DNA of 43,008 nucleotides from contig WELB01000026.1 in NCBI GenBank assembly GCA_009602725.1, positions 28,454 through 71,461 of the forward strand, written 5' to 3'. The notes under the pieces were generated by a model that saw nothing but the letters and a program-made list of their open reading frames with translations, was not told where the DNA came from and searched no databases. Positions 1 through 15,530 of this stretch are shown in pieces. The position numbers and the translations under genes are program-made. Every line of letters starts with the position of its first letter. The stretch's first letter is position 1. Origin of the DNA: Spirogloea muscicola (Eukaryota).

Positions 1-3000
1 CGCTGCGCACCGCCGCCGCCCGCGCGCCGCTGCCCCACGCCCGCGCCGCCCACCACACCGCCCGCCGCCTCTCGCGCCTCCACCAGCCCCTGCCCCGGGA
101 GCCTCCGCCAGGTGCGCCTCGACCCCCTGGAGGGCAGGGCCTTGCGCCACGCACGTTGCCACAACCCCCGCAGCTCACTGCGCCGGGGCCCTCTGGGCCT
201 CCTCGACGGTCTTGTCGTGGACGGAAACCCCCCTTGCTGCGGCATGTCCTGCGCCTGGCCCGCCTGCGGGCTCCCTGGGCCGGCGCCGGCCACCCGCCTC
301 CAGACCGTCCCTCTCGGCACAGCTCGCCTGTGGGCTGCCCCTCTGGCGGGCACGGCGCTCGTCGGATCAGTCGTGTAATGATTGGGCCGGACTGCACTCT
401 GGCTGCAGGGCCCACGGTGTGGAGCGTGGACGGGAGGCGGGTGATGTCCGGAGGCTCCTACATGAGCAGCAGCAACGGCGGCAGCAGCTTACGGCGGGTC
501 GAGCAGCTCGAGAGGGACCTGAACCGCTTCGAAGTGGAACCGGAGAGGCAGGCACAGCTCATGGCGGAGATCAGCCAGTACCAGCCGGAGGTTGTGGTCA
601 GGTGGTACGAGTCCCGGCCCCAGGTGCAGAGCAACTCCGCCGCACTGGCCGAGTACATCAAAGCCCTGGTGAAGCTCGACCGCCTGGACAACGCTTCCCT
701 GCTCAGGACCCTCCAGCGAGGTGAGGCCCACGGCAGTCACGAATCCAGGTGTGACCCCCGTGCATCGGCCACAAGCACGTGAGCCTTACCCCACGTGACC
801 AGCATGATGCTCTCCTTCATCTGGTCCGCCTTGTGAACCCTTCAGGTGTGATGGTTGGCGGCTATCGTCCAGAGGCAGGCTTCGCCCCGGCTGCCCCTGC
901 TGCGCCCACGCCCTCGTATCTGGGTGGAGTGGGCACGATGACCAAAGAGGGTGTTCTGGGCTCTCCCACAGCCCCTATTCACATGGTCACTGCCGAGGGA
1001 AGCTTCAGATCGCAGGCATGGCGGACATTCCGATCACTTGCTGTTGGCTTCCTGTTCCTGTCAGCTCTGGGAGCCCTCTTGGAGGACAGAGGGATCACCA
1101 AGGGTGAGCTGACGACGACAACAGCTCTGCAGACTCTTGTTGCCTCACAAATGTAGCGGCTGCCTTATGACATGTAGAGCTTATGGTCACTGGCACATGA
1201 CGACGACAGCTTGTCCACTGGCTCACAGGTCTTGGTCTCAACGAGGAAGTGCAACCAAGCATGGAGTCCACTACAAAATTCAGTGACGTCAAAGGAGTTG
1301 ACGAGGCAAAGGCAGAGCTTGAGGAAATTGTCTTCTACCTGAGGGACCCGAAGGTATAACGAGGTCACCTGAACATGGGCCCTTTCTGGGTCAGGTCGAG
1401 CATGTTGCATGTGAGAAGCAGAGAGGGAGAGATGCATGCGTCTGCTTGCTTGCCTCTCTCCACCGCTCCTGCTTGTTCTGGTCGAAGTCCGGCAATGGCC
1501 TGGTCGTGATCAGATTGTCATTACTTCCTGTCAGCGCTTCACGCGACTAGGAGGAAAGCTGCCCAAAGGGGTGTTGCTTGTGGGGCCACCTGGAACGGGG
1601 AAGACCATGCTGGCCCGTGCTATTGCCGGAGAAGCTGGTGTTCCATTCTTCTATTGCAGCGGCAGTGAATTCGAGGAGATGTTTGTCGGGGTGGGTGCTA
1701 GGCGAGTGCGTGACCTCTTTGCGGCTGCAAAGAAGCGGTCACCATGCATCATCTTCATGGACGAGATTGATGCCATTGGTGGAAGCCGCAACCCCAAGGA
1801 CCAGCAGTACATGAAGATGACCTTGAACCAGTTGCTAGTGGAGTTGGATGGCTTCAAGCAGGTGAGGCCCCCTTGCCAACCCTGCTTGCATACCATGCGC
1901 TCGTTTAGCCTGGGCCGTGCAGCCTGGGCAGTTTACAGATATGTGGAAGCCCATTCACAAAGCCGTATCTTTGCTGATATGAAACAGAATGAAGGCATTA
2001 TTGTAATAGCTGCGACCAACTTCCCGGAGTCATTGGACAAGGCTCTGGTGCGGCCGGGCCGGTTTGATCGTCATGTCGTGGTGCCAAATCCCGATGTGGA
2101 GGGGCGCCGCCAGATACTGGAGGTGCACATGGCAAAGGTGAGGCTATTGATGATCAGCTGATGTCAGCTGTATTACATACGAGGGAAGAGGCACAGGTTT
2201 TCACAGGGTAAAAATCTAACCTAACTGCCTGCACGTACTGCACTGGCAGGTGAAGAAGGCGGAGCAGGTGGACTTGAGCATCATTGCGCGTGGGACACCA
2301 GGTTTCTCAGGTGCAGACCTGGCCAACTTGGTGAATGTGGCTGCGCTGAAAGCTGCCATGGATGGCCTCAAGGAAGTGGGCATGGAGGAGTTGGAGTTTG
2401 CTAAAGACAAGATCATGATGGGTGCCGAGCGGAGATCGGCCGTCATATCGGAGGAGAGCCGGAAGCTGACGGCTTACCACGAGGGCGGCCATGCTCTGGT
2501 GGCCTTGCACACGGCGGGTGCCCTGCCGGTGCACAAGGCGACCATTGTGCCGAGAGGCATGGCCCTGGGCATGGTGTCGCAGCTGCCGGATAAGGATGAG
2601 ACGAGCGTGTCCCGCAAGCAGATGCTTGCTCGGCTAGCAGTGTGCATGGGAGGCAGGGTGTCCGAGGAGCTCATCTTCGGTGAGGCCGAGGTGACATCTG
2701 GGGCATCCTCTGACATTGTGCAGGCCACTCGATTAGCACGCGAGATGGTGACCAAGTACGGCATGAGCAAGGAGGTGGGTGTGGTGGCCCACAACTACGA
2801 AGACGATGGCAAGAGTATGAGCACAAAGACCCGGCTTCTCATTGAGAAGGAGGTCCACGATCTGCTGCAGACGGCCTATGAGGACGCCCGGCAAATTCTG
2901 GTCAGCAATCAGCAGGAGCTCCACGCGCTGGCCAAGGCACTGCTGGATCGAGAGACGCTTAGTGGGCAGCAGATCAAGACGTTGCTTGCGCAGGTGCGGT

Positions 3001-3188
3001 CCACTTCTCCTAGCGCCGAAGTGATTCCCCAGCCAGCAGGGGCGGTTGCAGCAACTTCCTCTGCAGCAGCTGCCGCAGCGGCCGCTGCCGTGGCAGCTGC
3101 CAAAAAGGGTGCCGCGGCAGCAGCAGGCGCAGCAGCGCCTGTTTCTGCTTCCAGAAGCAGTGCCTCTCCGCAGTCTGCCAGTACATGA
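1..3188 (+). CDS. FTSH4: Mitochondrial FtsH4/YME1-type i-AAA zinc metalloprotease, 5' end probably outside the window. Exons approx <1-111, 409-720, 846-1103, 1229-1353, 1535-1861, 1988-2137, 2250-3188
   Basis: Walker A GPPGTGKT, Walker [36 protein letters not shown] zinc motif, [15 protein letters not shown] segment [19 protein letters not shown] introns keep phase. First exon is Arg/Ala-rich, like a transit peptide. Confidence 0.95.
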
Positions 3189-3717
3189 CCCAAAAACTTT
3201 GTACATCTAGCCCCTGCTGAGCCCTTCACCACTTGAGCGCGAGTGCAGACCAGCCTTGCTTGATAGTAGCTCCTTAGCCAGGAGGTTAGGCTGGTTGCGT
3301 TTGCATACACCCCTTATGATAACACAAGTTGCACTTTGAGCCCATGGTGACATCACTTTAACTGAAGCCCTTCTATTGTCCAGAAGAAAGCTGGTGCTGC
3401 TGGTCGACACCACAGCATCAGACCATTACCATGTTGTCCTTCGGCATACACTTGCCAGCTGCATCATCAGGAAATGGACATGATGAGGCAAACAGGATCT
3501 GGCGATGCATCTCCATGCAGAGGTTGACGGCAACAGCATATGACAATCTGCAAGTTGGGGGGTCCTCCAGTTCGCATGGCTAAGCAAGTGTGTTGAGCAT
3601 GACCACTTTGCGCTTGTATGGTCTGCCGCAAGTTGCTAAGAGAGTATATAGGGCAGAGGCCTAAGCACCCTCACTAAGCATCACCACCGTTGCCGCAAGG
3701 TTTCCAGGTCACTGCAA

Positions 3718-4880
3718 TCATGCAGCTAGGGACTTGCTGCCTGGTGGTTTCTTCTTGTCCTTCTTTTCCCGCTTCTTCAGCGCGTCCATATGAGCTCGAA
3801 GCACAGTGGCATATGCGGCTTGAAACCTTGCCTGCTCTTTGGCGGAAATCTGAGACGCAGGGGAGGCAGGCAAGCCAATATCAGAGCTAATTGCAGAATC
3901 CAGTGTAGGCCTAGGGCTCTGTACTGCAGTGCAGTCAAGCTTGGAGCAATTGAGCGGACTTGTGCCAGAACAATGCAACCCTGCTGCGGGTTGTGGTCTG
4001 CCAAGCAAGCCAGCAGGATGGGTAATCTGCAAGAAAGCCTCCATGCCGAGCGCTGACCGAAGGATGAGGAGGAAGCAAACAAATGCAACACATATATATC
4101 CGGTCTGCAATGACCACGAGTACGGCTATCTCCGCCTGATAAAGGCCCCCCCCCCCCGAGCGCACCGGAGGGGCACTTTGTCTGTGCGGCAGCAGAGCCG
4201 ACATAACATTCGGCCTTGAGCAGTGCGGGTGCGTGTGCAAGCGAACTGTACCGACGTGCTGATCTTCTTTTTGCCGTCGGTAGCGCGCACGAGGCACCGG
4301 AAGCTCTCAGCAGGAGCGTCGGCTGCCTCCCGCTCCCTCTTCTTGGGGCTCAGCGTAGCTGCGGGTGCACAAGGGGATGGTGAGGTGGAGGGGTGGCCTC
4401 GTGGGCCCAGGGGAGGCCAAGCTTCAGCCGGTGCCCCGCAAGAGCCCTGCCCCGTCGCTCGAGCGTGCACGCTCGTCGAGGAGGGCAGGTCTGCCGGGCG
4501 TAGGCGTCGGGGGACTAGGGTTCTGGTTCTAGGTTCAGGAGGGCCAGGAATGCCACGGCTGAGGCTGTGGCTGCTGCTACAGCAGAGTGGCAGTGCGCCT
4601 GTCCCTCCCCTCGCGCACTCGGGGGGGTGAGCAAGCCGGGCAGCTGCCGGGCGGGCGAGCGGGCGGAGGAAGGAAGAACGAGGAGAGGGAGCTCACAGCG
4701 CTTGAAGGTGACCCAGACGGTGCCGGCGGCGCGGGTGCGGTCGTAGAGGCGTGTGAGCTCGGTGAGGAAGGGGTCGGGGTCCAGCAGCACCTGCGAAGGG
4801 GGGGGGAGGCGACGTGAGAAGGGCGTGGAGGAAGGCAGGCAGGCTGCGGGGTGGGGCCGCGGGGGGCTGGGGCTGACCAT
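3718..4880 (-). CDS. SRP14: Signal recognition particle 14 kDa protein. Exons 4880-4878 (ATG only), 4790-4697, 4358-4252, 3849-3718
   Basis: Spliced product M-VLLDPDPFLTELTRLYDRTRAAGTVWVTFKRS...CLVRATDGKKKISTS-ISAKEQARFQAAYATVLRAHMDALKKREKK matches SRP14 hallmarks. All introns are GT-AG and in phase. Confidence 0.95.
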
Positions 4881-4944
4881 GGCCGGCGGCGGGGTCGCTG
4901 TGCAGTGCGGCGGACTGAGGAGGGAATGCGAAGGGCGGTGAAGG

Positions 4945-5640
4945 ATGCCGCTTCCAGCGGGGAAGACGTGTGTTCAGTGAGTGATGGAGGGCCTGAGTGG
5001 CCAAGTGCGGCAAGCAAGCACATCTACAGATGTACAGCACCTGCACCGGTGGGGGATGAATTCGCGGCCCTGGCGATGGATGTACACGGGGCTTTCGGCA
5101 GCCGCTGGCTGGATCGCATTCAGCGGCTTGCCCGCCAGGCCATTGACCGGCGGCCGGGTCTGCCAGGGGCGATGCCCGGCTTCAACGCCGCCGGTTCGCT
5201 CGCACAAGTCTTCCGCATGCGCCTGGCCGTATCGCTTCAACGCTCCCTTGCCCACGCCGTCCACACGCGCGCAGGCCGTGCTATGGCCGCCGCCTCTGGG
5301 TCTCGGCGGAGTGCCTCTTTCCCGACCTGGCTTCTCACAGCCCTTGCCCCCATTGGGAGAGCCACTTCTTCTTCTTTCCCTGCAGCGAGCTACTCAGACC
5401 TGACGTTGCTCACTCGTGGGTACTGAGCTTTCCTTTGCATCGTTTCTGTGTTCTGCAGTGTTTTGTAGTGTAGTCCTTTCTCCGGCTCCTCTTTCTTTGG
5501 CTTTGGACATTGTCCATTCTTTTTTGGGCTGGCTTTGCCAGCCCCTCTTCTCTATGGGCGCGCACCTGCTGCTTAGCCGACCCGCTCAGTGACCACGGGA
5601 CAGCACGCTGAGGTCGCCAATGAGGGGGAAGGGCGGCCAC
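4945..5640 (-). mobile_element. 5'-truncated family-D non-LTR retrotransposon 3' end, split by a family-B insertion
   Basis: Minus strand reads ...DLSVLSRGH* then gcgggtcggctaagcagcaggtg|ctgtacatctgtagatgtgcttgc..., collinear with the 3' UTRs after the stops at 18479 (-) and 31473 (+). Confidence 0.8.
5045..5561 (+). mobile_element. 5'-truncated family-B retroelement (RLE C-terminus plus 3' UTR), carrying a nested family-C tip at 5324-5372
   Basis: Translates PVGDEFAALAMDVHGAFG...RMRLAVSLQRS...LLTRGY*. Near-identical to 15644-15940. Flanked by GCACCTGC at 5037-5044 and 5562-5569. Confidence 0.9.
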
Positions 5641-5659
5641 ATCAAGCCAGCACACCACT

Positions 5660-7015
5660 CAGACAAACCTCAGTGCAAAGTATGGGGCACACAAAGCGAA
5701 GTCCTATGCTGGGGGGTCAATGGCAGCTCTGCCAAAGGGGGCGAGGGCTGTGAAAGAACAACAAGCACAAAAAAGAAACGAAGCAGCTACGAAGCACTCA
5801 GTAACCCCTACTATGCAGCCTCAGGTATTTTGTGTGAATGTAAGCTCATCCGAAGGGGGCGAGGGCTGCCGAAGGCTAGCCCAAAGAAGGGGCCGAGGGC
5901 TTTGAATGGCCAGCCCAGACAAACTGGACAAGGTTCAAAGGGCCGAAAGGTGCTGAAGCACACAGCTATCAAGTAGCCACAACAACAAGAATTACAAACT
6001 ATTTGTTCGACGGAACAGGAAGACTTGCAGCCGGAAATGCACTTCCAGTAGAGGGCGATGGCGGTGAGAGGCCAGCCGGCCTGGAAAGCAGCCCTCGCCA
6101 CATCTGGAACTGGAAGAGGTGCTTGTTCTTCAAGACAAGCAAAGTAAGACGATGGCTGTAAGAAGTGAGCTCTTCTGAAGGGGGCGGGGGCTGTGAGAAG
6201 CCGGCCCAGAAGGAATCGACAAGGTCCAAAGGGCTGAAAGGCTTTAAGAAGTCAGCTCTTCCACAGGGGCGGGGGCTGTGGAAAAGTAAGGTTTTCCAAT
6301 GTGAAAGAAGAGCAAGAATGGACGGATTCCGAAGGTGCCGGCAAGCGCCGCAGAACCCCCGCACAATTGAGCAGTACCCAAAGGATGGTCATTTAGATGG
6401 TTACTCAGCCACTGACTTACTATGGAAAAGCTGTTTCTTTCTTTGGTTACCCCCAATAAGCTGGAACCTTGTCCATTCTTTTGGGCTGGCCTCTCCCAGC
6501 CACCAGTTAATCTGGCCGCGCTTGCTTCGAATGGCCAGCCCGAGAAGAATGGACAAGGGCCGGACGGGCCGGACTGCGCAGAGAGGAGCGTGTACGTCGA
6601 GTGTACATGTAGAGTGTGTATGGAGTGATGCACTCGCCTCTGCTTGAACTGTGTATAGGCTTGAATTGGCCTCCCTTTTCATTTCATGCGCCCCGCGCGC
6701 CTTTCTCTCGAGTGGTGGAGGCCACGAGGTACGAAGGAGAGCACTTTCCACTGGTGGGCCACTGCACGTGTCCTGTCCACCAATGGAGGTCGATGCTGAG
6801 CTGCTCCCGGTACGCCTCCGACACTGCTTAGCTCCTAGGACCTTGTCCATTCGTTTGGGCTGGCCTCTCCCAGCCACCAGTTAATCTGGCCGCGCTTGCT
6901 TCTTAGCTCCGTCGCGGCTTAGCTCGTAGTTTGGCCCCTTCGAACCTTGTCAATACTTTTCGGGCTGGCTTCTCACAGCCCTTGCCCCCATTGGGAGAGC
7001 CACTTCTTCTTCTTC
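5660..7015. repeat. Stack of short retroelement 3' termini in both orientations (about 10 pieces), including family A at ~6466-6527 and ~6839-6903, family E at ~6629-6706 and family C at ~6911-7015
   Basis: Repeated ccttgtccattc..tttgggctggc..cagcc..gagc motif. Pieces match 3' UTRs that follow RGY* stops elsewhere in the window (17645-17719, 17883-17958, 21091-21190). HSRGY* on the minus strand near 5800. Confidence 0.8.
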
Positions 7016-7101
7016 TCTACGACACGGCCACATCGCCCCCGGCTCGCGGGGACTCGCGCCCCGCGCGCCCGGAGCTCGGCTCCCGCTCCGGCGGCGGCGC
7101 G

Positions 7102-10318
<3,217 letters not shown>

Positions 10319-10333
<15 letters not shown>

Positions 10334-13205
10334 CCGGCGCCGCCCGACGACGGCGACGGCGGCGCCGGGCTGCGCACCTGCCGCATCTGCCTCGAGCCCG
10401 GCCCCGCGCCCGCCGCCTCGCCCTCCTCCTCCGCGCCCTCGCCCTCCAGCTCCTTCCTGCCCTCCGCCTCGGCCCCCCCCCCGCCGCTCCTCGACGACCA
10501 CCTCGTCTCGCCCTGCGCCTGCTCCGGTGCGTACCATGGCTTCCCGCGCCGCAACTGCATGCGCGACAGGCTTGCAGCCCCCACCCCCTTGCGCACTTCG
10601 TTCCTGCCTGCCGGGCCCACCACCCGCCGAGGCACATGCAAGCCACCAAAGCTGCACGGCACGGCCCCCGCTGGGCTCGCGCCGTTGGGGTGCTGTGCAA
10701 GCTCTCCAGTGGCCCCAGGGGCGAATGCAGGGCTTGTGGGCAGTCCCTCCGCAGCTCCAGCAGCCACGGCTGCCGAAGCTCTCAATGCCCCCCTCCTCTG
10801 CAGGCTGTGCGACTGCTAAGCCTGCGTCCTGCTGCTGTGCCATGCTTTGCAGGAACGCAAGCGCATGTCCACCTGAAGTGCCTGCGCCGGTGGCAGATGG
10901 CTGTGCTGTCCATGCGACATCCGGGTGCTAACCACAGCCCCGCTGTTGTGTAAGTGGCCCCTCGGCTCCAGCAGTCTCATGCAAGAGTCGAACGCTGCAC
11001 GTGCTTTGCCTGATCACGCGCTAACACTTGCATGCTGTCATTACCCTGCTGCAGGTGCTCTGTCTGCAGGCAGGTACACAGTCGTCGCAGGCTTCAGTAC
11101 TGGTCGCTACACAGTCATCGCAGGCTTCAGTACTGGTCGCTGTCTCTCATGACATACCTCGTCATTGTCCCTTGCGCTTCATTGTGTTGCTTTCTCTAAC
11201 TCTTCTTTGTGGCAATTGTGGCGCTCATGCAATCGGTTGCAGCGCTTTGCTTTTGCGCCTCCAAAGCCAGCTTTTGGTCTGCGGATGGTTGGCATATTCG
11301 ACTGCTATGCACGGGAGGTGGCTGCCCTTGCGCTCTTTATGGTAAAGATGATGGAGCATGTCCTCAGCACAATGCTTTTTACTTATGTTGATGAGTGTAT
11401 CAAGCAGGTCAGTATTGACCTGACTTCAGCAACAGGTGTTCTGCTTGAAAGCTTGTCGGTGAGCCACCACGAGGCAGTTGCTGATGGCCCTGGCCTCGAG
11501 GTCTTGTGCTCCTTGGTGGTATCTGGGGGCAGTGTTCCTGCTATGTGGCCTTGGCCTACCACTACAACCTCAGGCCATTGCTGCTTCTTCAGCCTCTACC
11601 CCTCCATACAGCCGAGGCATTTGCTTCCCTCAACCTCCCAAGACAAGCAACCCCCCTCCAGTATCTTACAGAGTACAAACCCATTGTCCCCTACTCTCAC
11701 ATCCATCGGCTGATGTCGAGCCTCTGCAACTACTATGCAGAAATCCATGTTGACTGACCACTTCTTCTGGTTGTTATTCGTCATTGTACCACTGAATTGG
11801 CTAAAATGGTATTGGCCATGCTTGATTGAAGCCAAGAACTAGATGTGGATGCTGGGGATGGTCTAGCTGCTGGCGTTGTGCTGGTGGCCTCCCCAAGCAT
11901 GATAGAGCAATTGCCCTCTATGCCTCCGCGATCCAACATATTCTACCAGTCAGTGGTAAGGCAATGAAGAGGAAGCAAGCACAGCTCCTCTTGAACGATT
12001 AGCTGCTGTCTTTCGACACCTTTTCTGAAGCAGAAACATTTGTCAAACTCCTTACATAACCTTGGGTTGGGTCTTTGCCCTGATGACCTTCTCTTTGTCC
12101 ACGTGTGGCAAGGTCCTGCTCTATGAGCACGAAGAGGAAGGAGGTTCACTTGGCATCATTCTCAACAAGCCAATTCAGGTGACTGCTATCTTCTGTATGT
12201 CAGGTCAAGTAGCACCAATGAACAACCTGACTGCGTCATCCAGCAGCCGCTCTTCTTGGCCCTGCCTGTTTTGGCCAGAGATGAATGACAGCATGGGTCC
12301 ATGTGGACAGGGGGTCGACTTGGAGCACAAGAGATTGCCTCCAACTTTGAGACACCCCACGCCAGATGCCAGTGGATTGCTGGGTGCGGGTTGGGGAGGG
12401 CCTGTAGCCCAGCACCAATGGTCACTGCTACATCGCTGCCCCTCCTTGATCTCTCCTTCCCTTCAGTCAGCATCATCCTCAACCTCAAGGAGCGTGCACC
12501 GAGGGAGGTGCTGCGCCTCCCTCTGCAGGTGCCATTGCCAGCGAGCAGATAAAGCCAGGAGACGTGTTGGTTGGCATTCGGCACAGGAGGTTATTCCTGG
12601 CATGTGCCTTGAGATGGACCCCCACCATCTGCCTTTGCACCGCCGCGGCCGCGTACAGCGCTGCAGGTGCTAAGGCTTACTGTGTCACTTGTTATACATA
12701 CAAATCTACTCTCAGGTCATCTGTCATCATACTACTAGGAATAGGTAATCAATGTCGTCGAACTTGTTGTTTGCTGAGCATGAGTAGCTAAGACGGAAGG
12801 AGCCTTTGTGGAGCGCTTTGCTGTCATGCACAGCAGGTACCACAAACTCTGATAACCATCCAGTGTCACTTGCTCTCCAGCCAACAGTTGCTACCTGATA
12901 GGGCAGAGAGTGAGGCTGTGGAAGACTGCGACTGCCCCAGGTGGAGTAAGGGTGATGATGTTGACAGAGGCAGCCAGTTGGACGCGACGGTGGAAGCAGA
13001 GGAGGATGAGCCAGAGTGGGGCGAGCACACGCACCACCTGCTTCTGGGTCGAGCAGGGTGGAAGGCAGGCCAACTAGCAAGGGAGCTCGAGGAGGGCCTG
13101 TGGTCTTTGCACCGCGATGCTGGATCAGTGTTGCTCACCACGCCCCTGACCTCATTGTGGCAGGCTCTCTCTCATGTTCCCCAGGCTAATGATAGCAATT
13201 ATTGA
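10319..13205 (+). CDS. RING-CH (C4HC3) zinc finger + transmembrane segments + DUF179 (AlgH/YqgE-like) module, multi-exon, apparently the 3' part of the CDPK transcript
   Basis: CRICLE...SPCACSG|TQAHVHLKCLRRWQ...V|CSVCRQ. Hydrophobic EVAALALFM|LLMALA...WWYLGAVFLLCGLG. DUF179 motifs GVVLVASP..IFYQSV|VLLYEHEEEGGSLGIILNKP, GGPV and LGRAGWKAGQLARELEEGLW. Some middle exon borders are uncertain. Confidence 0.85.
11075..11140 (+). repeat. Intronic 33-bp tandem duplication (2 copies, 1 mismatch)
   Basis: tacacagtc[g/a]tcgcaggcttcagtactggtcgc occurs twice in tandem. Confidence 0.9.
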
Positions 13206-13897
13206 TCAACAGACAGGCAGGGTTGCACCGTTCTTGTGCTCCCATACTATTCTGAGGGTCTAAATGTAGCATGACCTTGAAGGACTTGAAAAGTAGCACA
13301 AAGCTCAGTAGCCCTTGTACAAAGTCTTTGCCGTGTGTTCACATGGCAAAGGCGAAGAAGATTGTTGCGTTTCCGTCTTGTGGTAAGGATCAAATGCAGG
13401 TTAGCTGGAGGATCCTAATAAGATGTGCTTGACATAGCTACACTCAAGCAGATTATGTTGTCTCAACTTTTACAGATTCACATGGTTGAGCTCTAGAAGC
13501 TGATGTGTCACAGTCGTGCACTTGGCTTCTGCCTCAAACAAACCACGAGACCAAGTGAAGATGCGGCCTCAGACTCAAGCAAGGCAGGTGATGGAGCTTG
13601 AACAAGATAGAATCCCTGGGTGCAGCATGTTGCTATACTCGAAGAGCGATGCCAATCAATTGTAACTGAAGGCTTTCGTCAGTTTGTCATAGACAGTGAT
13701 GCAGAGAAAGAACATGGTGCATTCCTGGCAGATGTTGCCAACTTTGCAAGCAGTGTTGACAGGTATGCTTGCTATAAGCCTGTGAAGAGAAATGATCGCC
13801 TTCCCTTCAGAAAGAGCTGTTCCTCAATCAGCAAGGCCGACTAATGGTCTTGGCCAGTCCTGAGCAAACAGCAACGTCCATAACACCTGTCTCCGGA

Positions 13898-15530
13898 CTA
13901 GCTATCGCCTGTGCGCTCTGGCAAGGGAGGGCGTACTGCAAGATAGATAGCTGGCCCCACAAACGGCAGCAGGGCCAGAGGCAGCCACCATCTGTCACGT
14001 CCAGACCTGTGCCCACAGCCACAAATGCAAGAGCTGCATCAGGCCATGCTTCAATGTGGGGCTCCATCGTAGCTTCAGGGAGTCGGACAGAAACATGCAG
14101 TTCAACACCAACCTCCAGTGAGATAACACTCACTTACCACCGCCGAATGTTCATATCCTGGTACAACCAGAATGGGGCAAATGCGCAGAGGATTACAAAG
14201 TCCAAGGACATTACGTGTATCTGCGCAAAGTAAAGTGAAGTGAGCAGGTGCCTGCAGATCGGTGATTGATAAGGGATCTAAGATAACGGAGGCCTCAATT
14301 GCCGCATGGCTCGCTTCTCGGTGGTTGATGTGCTGTTGCAGCACATGGACAGTGACAGCAAGTGTGCAAGTGAGATCAGTGCCAGGCAAAGGCGGTGCTG
14401 GGATCTGAGTGCCAGTGTCTACTGCTAAGAAAGGGTGGCTTACGAATCGAGACTCGCGGAAGTACTGCGCGTACTCTGCCCAGCTTTCTGGCGCGGCCAA
14501 AGCTGCCCCTACAGACAGCCCAACTGCTCCCAGCAAGGTGGCCTGTAACATGTCACAATCTGCAGCATCAGGTGTCTTGTTGTGCAATGGGACCATATTG
14601 CCAGCTTTCAGGCTGCTCTAGCTAGGAATGTAGGGCTGCTGAGGCAAGGCAGGTGGTAGCGGCACTCATTCCAGCCCCCACATGTACGCCAGGTTGGGTT
14701 GGTAGTGCCAGGAACGAACCAGTGCTGTAATCCTGGAGTTGAGTATCCTGAGTGGCAGCTTACTCCTCTCCTCGGCAGAGGGGAGGGGAGAGCGGGGTGG
14801 GTCCCACAGAGCAAAGTAGGGGAGCAGAGCGAACGCGCCCACCCCAACGGATGTGACCGAGAAAGGCCAGATGGGGATGCCCCCCTCTTTGCTGTAGAGC
14901 GCGACGGTCTCACGGGGAGTGCAGTCGTGAGTCTTTCAGCCTGGAGGGGGCAGGCTTCTCAGTGTCACCCGTTGCACACTCGGAGCTGTCCTGCATCTGC
15001 TCTGAGGCGATTGAATGTGTCAGCGAGAGAAGTAGCAACGCTGCCCTTGCCTGCGGCCCGAGGGGAAGAGGAGCTGCGCATAGATGAGCGGCCAGACTCC
15101 CATGATGTTGAACACGCATAGGAGGACTTGGTTGACGGCGAATCCATCGTCCGCACGCAAGCCCACCAGCTTCTGGACAAAGTAGAAGTCTCGGAACTGG
15201 CGCGTCTCGCCAGCCCACCAGCACACACGGCACCCCCGTGGGGACGTGAGAGAGGCATCGGGCGGCGCTGACGGGCAGGGCCGCTGCCAAGCCCTGGGCC
15301 GCGAGGCGGAGAGCGCAGCTCACGGGTGTCTGGTTGGGAGAGAGGAGGAAGGCGTAGGCCGCAAAGCCCGCCCAGAAGGCCCAGATGCCGGCGCTGTACA
15401 GCAGTGCCCCTCCGTCGCCGCCGCCAGCGCCGCCGCCGCGGGGTGCTGCCGCGGGCGGCGCGCCGGGCNTGGCGGCGGCGGCGGCGGCGGCGGCGGCGCC
15501 GGGCAGAGCCGCGGCGGCGAGGGAGGGCAT
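13898..15530 (-). CDS. Conserved plant/cyanobacterial multi-pass membrane protein (DUF2834-like), probably plastid-targeted, multi-exon
   Basis: Spliced pieces WAGFAAYAFLLSPNQTP|FRDFYFVQKL..VFNIMGVWPLIYAQLLFPSGRS|KEGGIPIWPF..GAFALLPYFALW|..EYAQYFRESRF|IHVMSLDF..APFWLYQDMNIRRW|..WWLPLALLPFVGPAIYLAVRP. Family name is from recall, not from a search. An N at 15469 interrupts exon 1. Confidence 0.8.

Noticed and set aside
3040..3188. Ala-rich C-terminal tail of FtsH as a novelty
   Set aside because: Low-complexity Ala-rich tails are ordinary for plant FtsH4-type proteins.
6466..6560. Long inverted repeat suggesting a MITE or miRNA hairpin (a similar one lies at ~15884-16024)
   Set aside because: Explained by two element termini in opposite orientation. 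No TIR/TSD signature of a DNA transposon.
5500..7015. CRISPR-like array of recurring semi-palindromic repeats
   Set aside because: Eukaryotic context, mixed orientation, irregular spacing and variable sequence. The repeats are traceable to retroelement 3' UTRs and no cas genes are present.
6946..7015. HDV-like or hammerhead ribozyme
   Set aside because: I could not fit the nested double pseudoknot or the CUGANGA/GAAA cores, and the motif is at the element 3' end rather than the 5' end.
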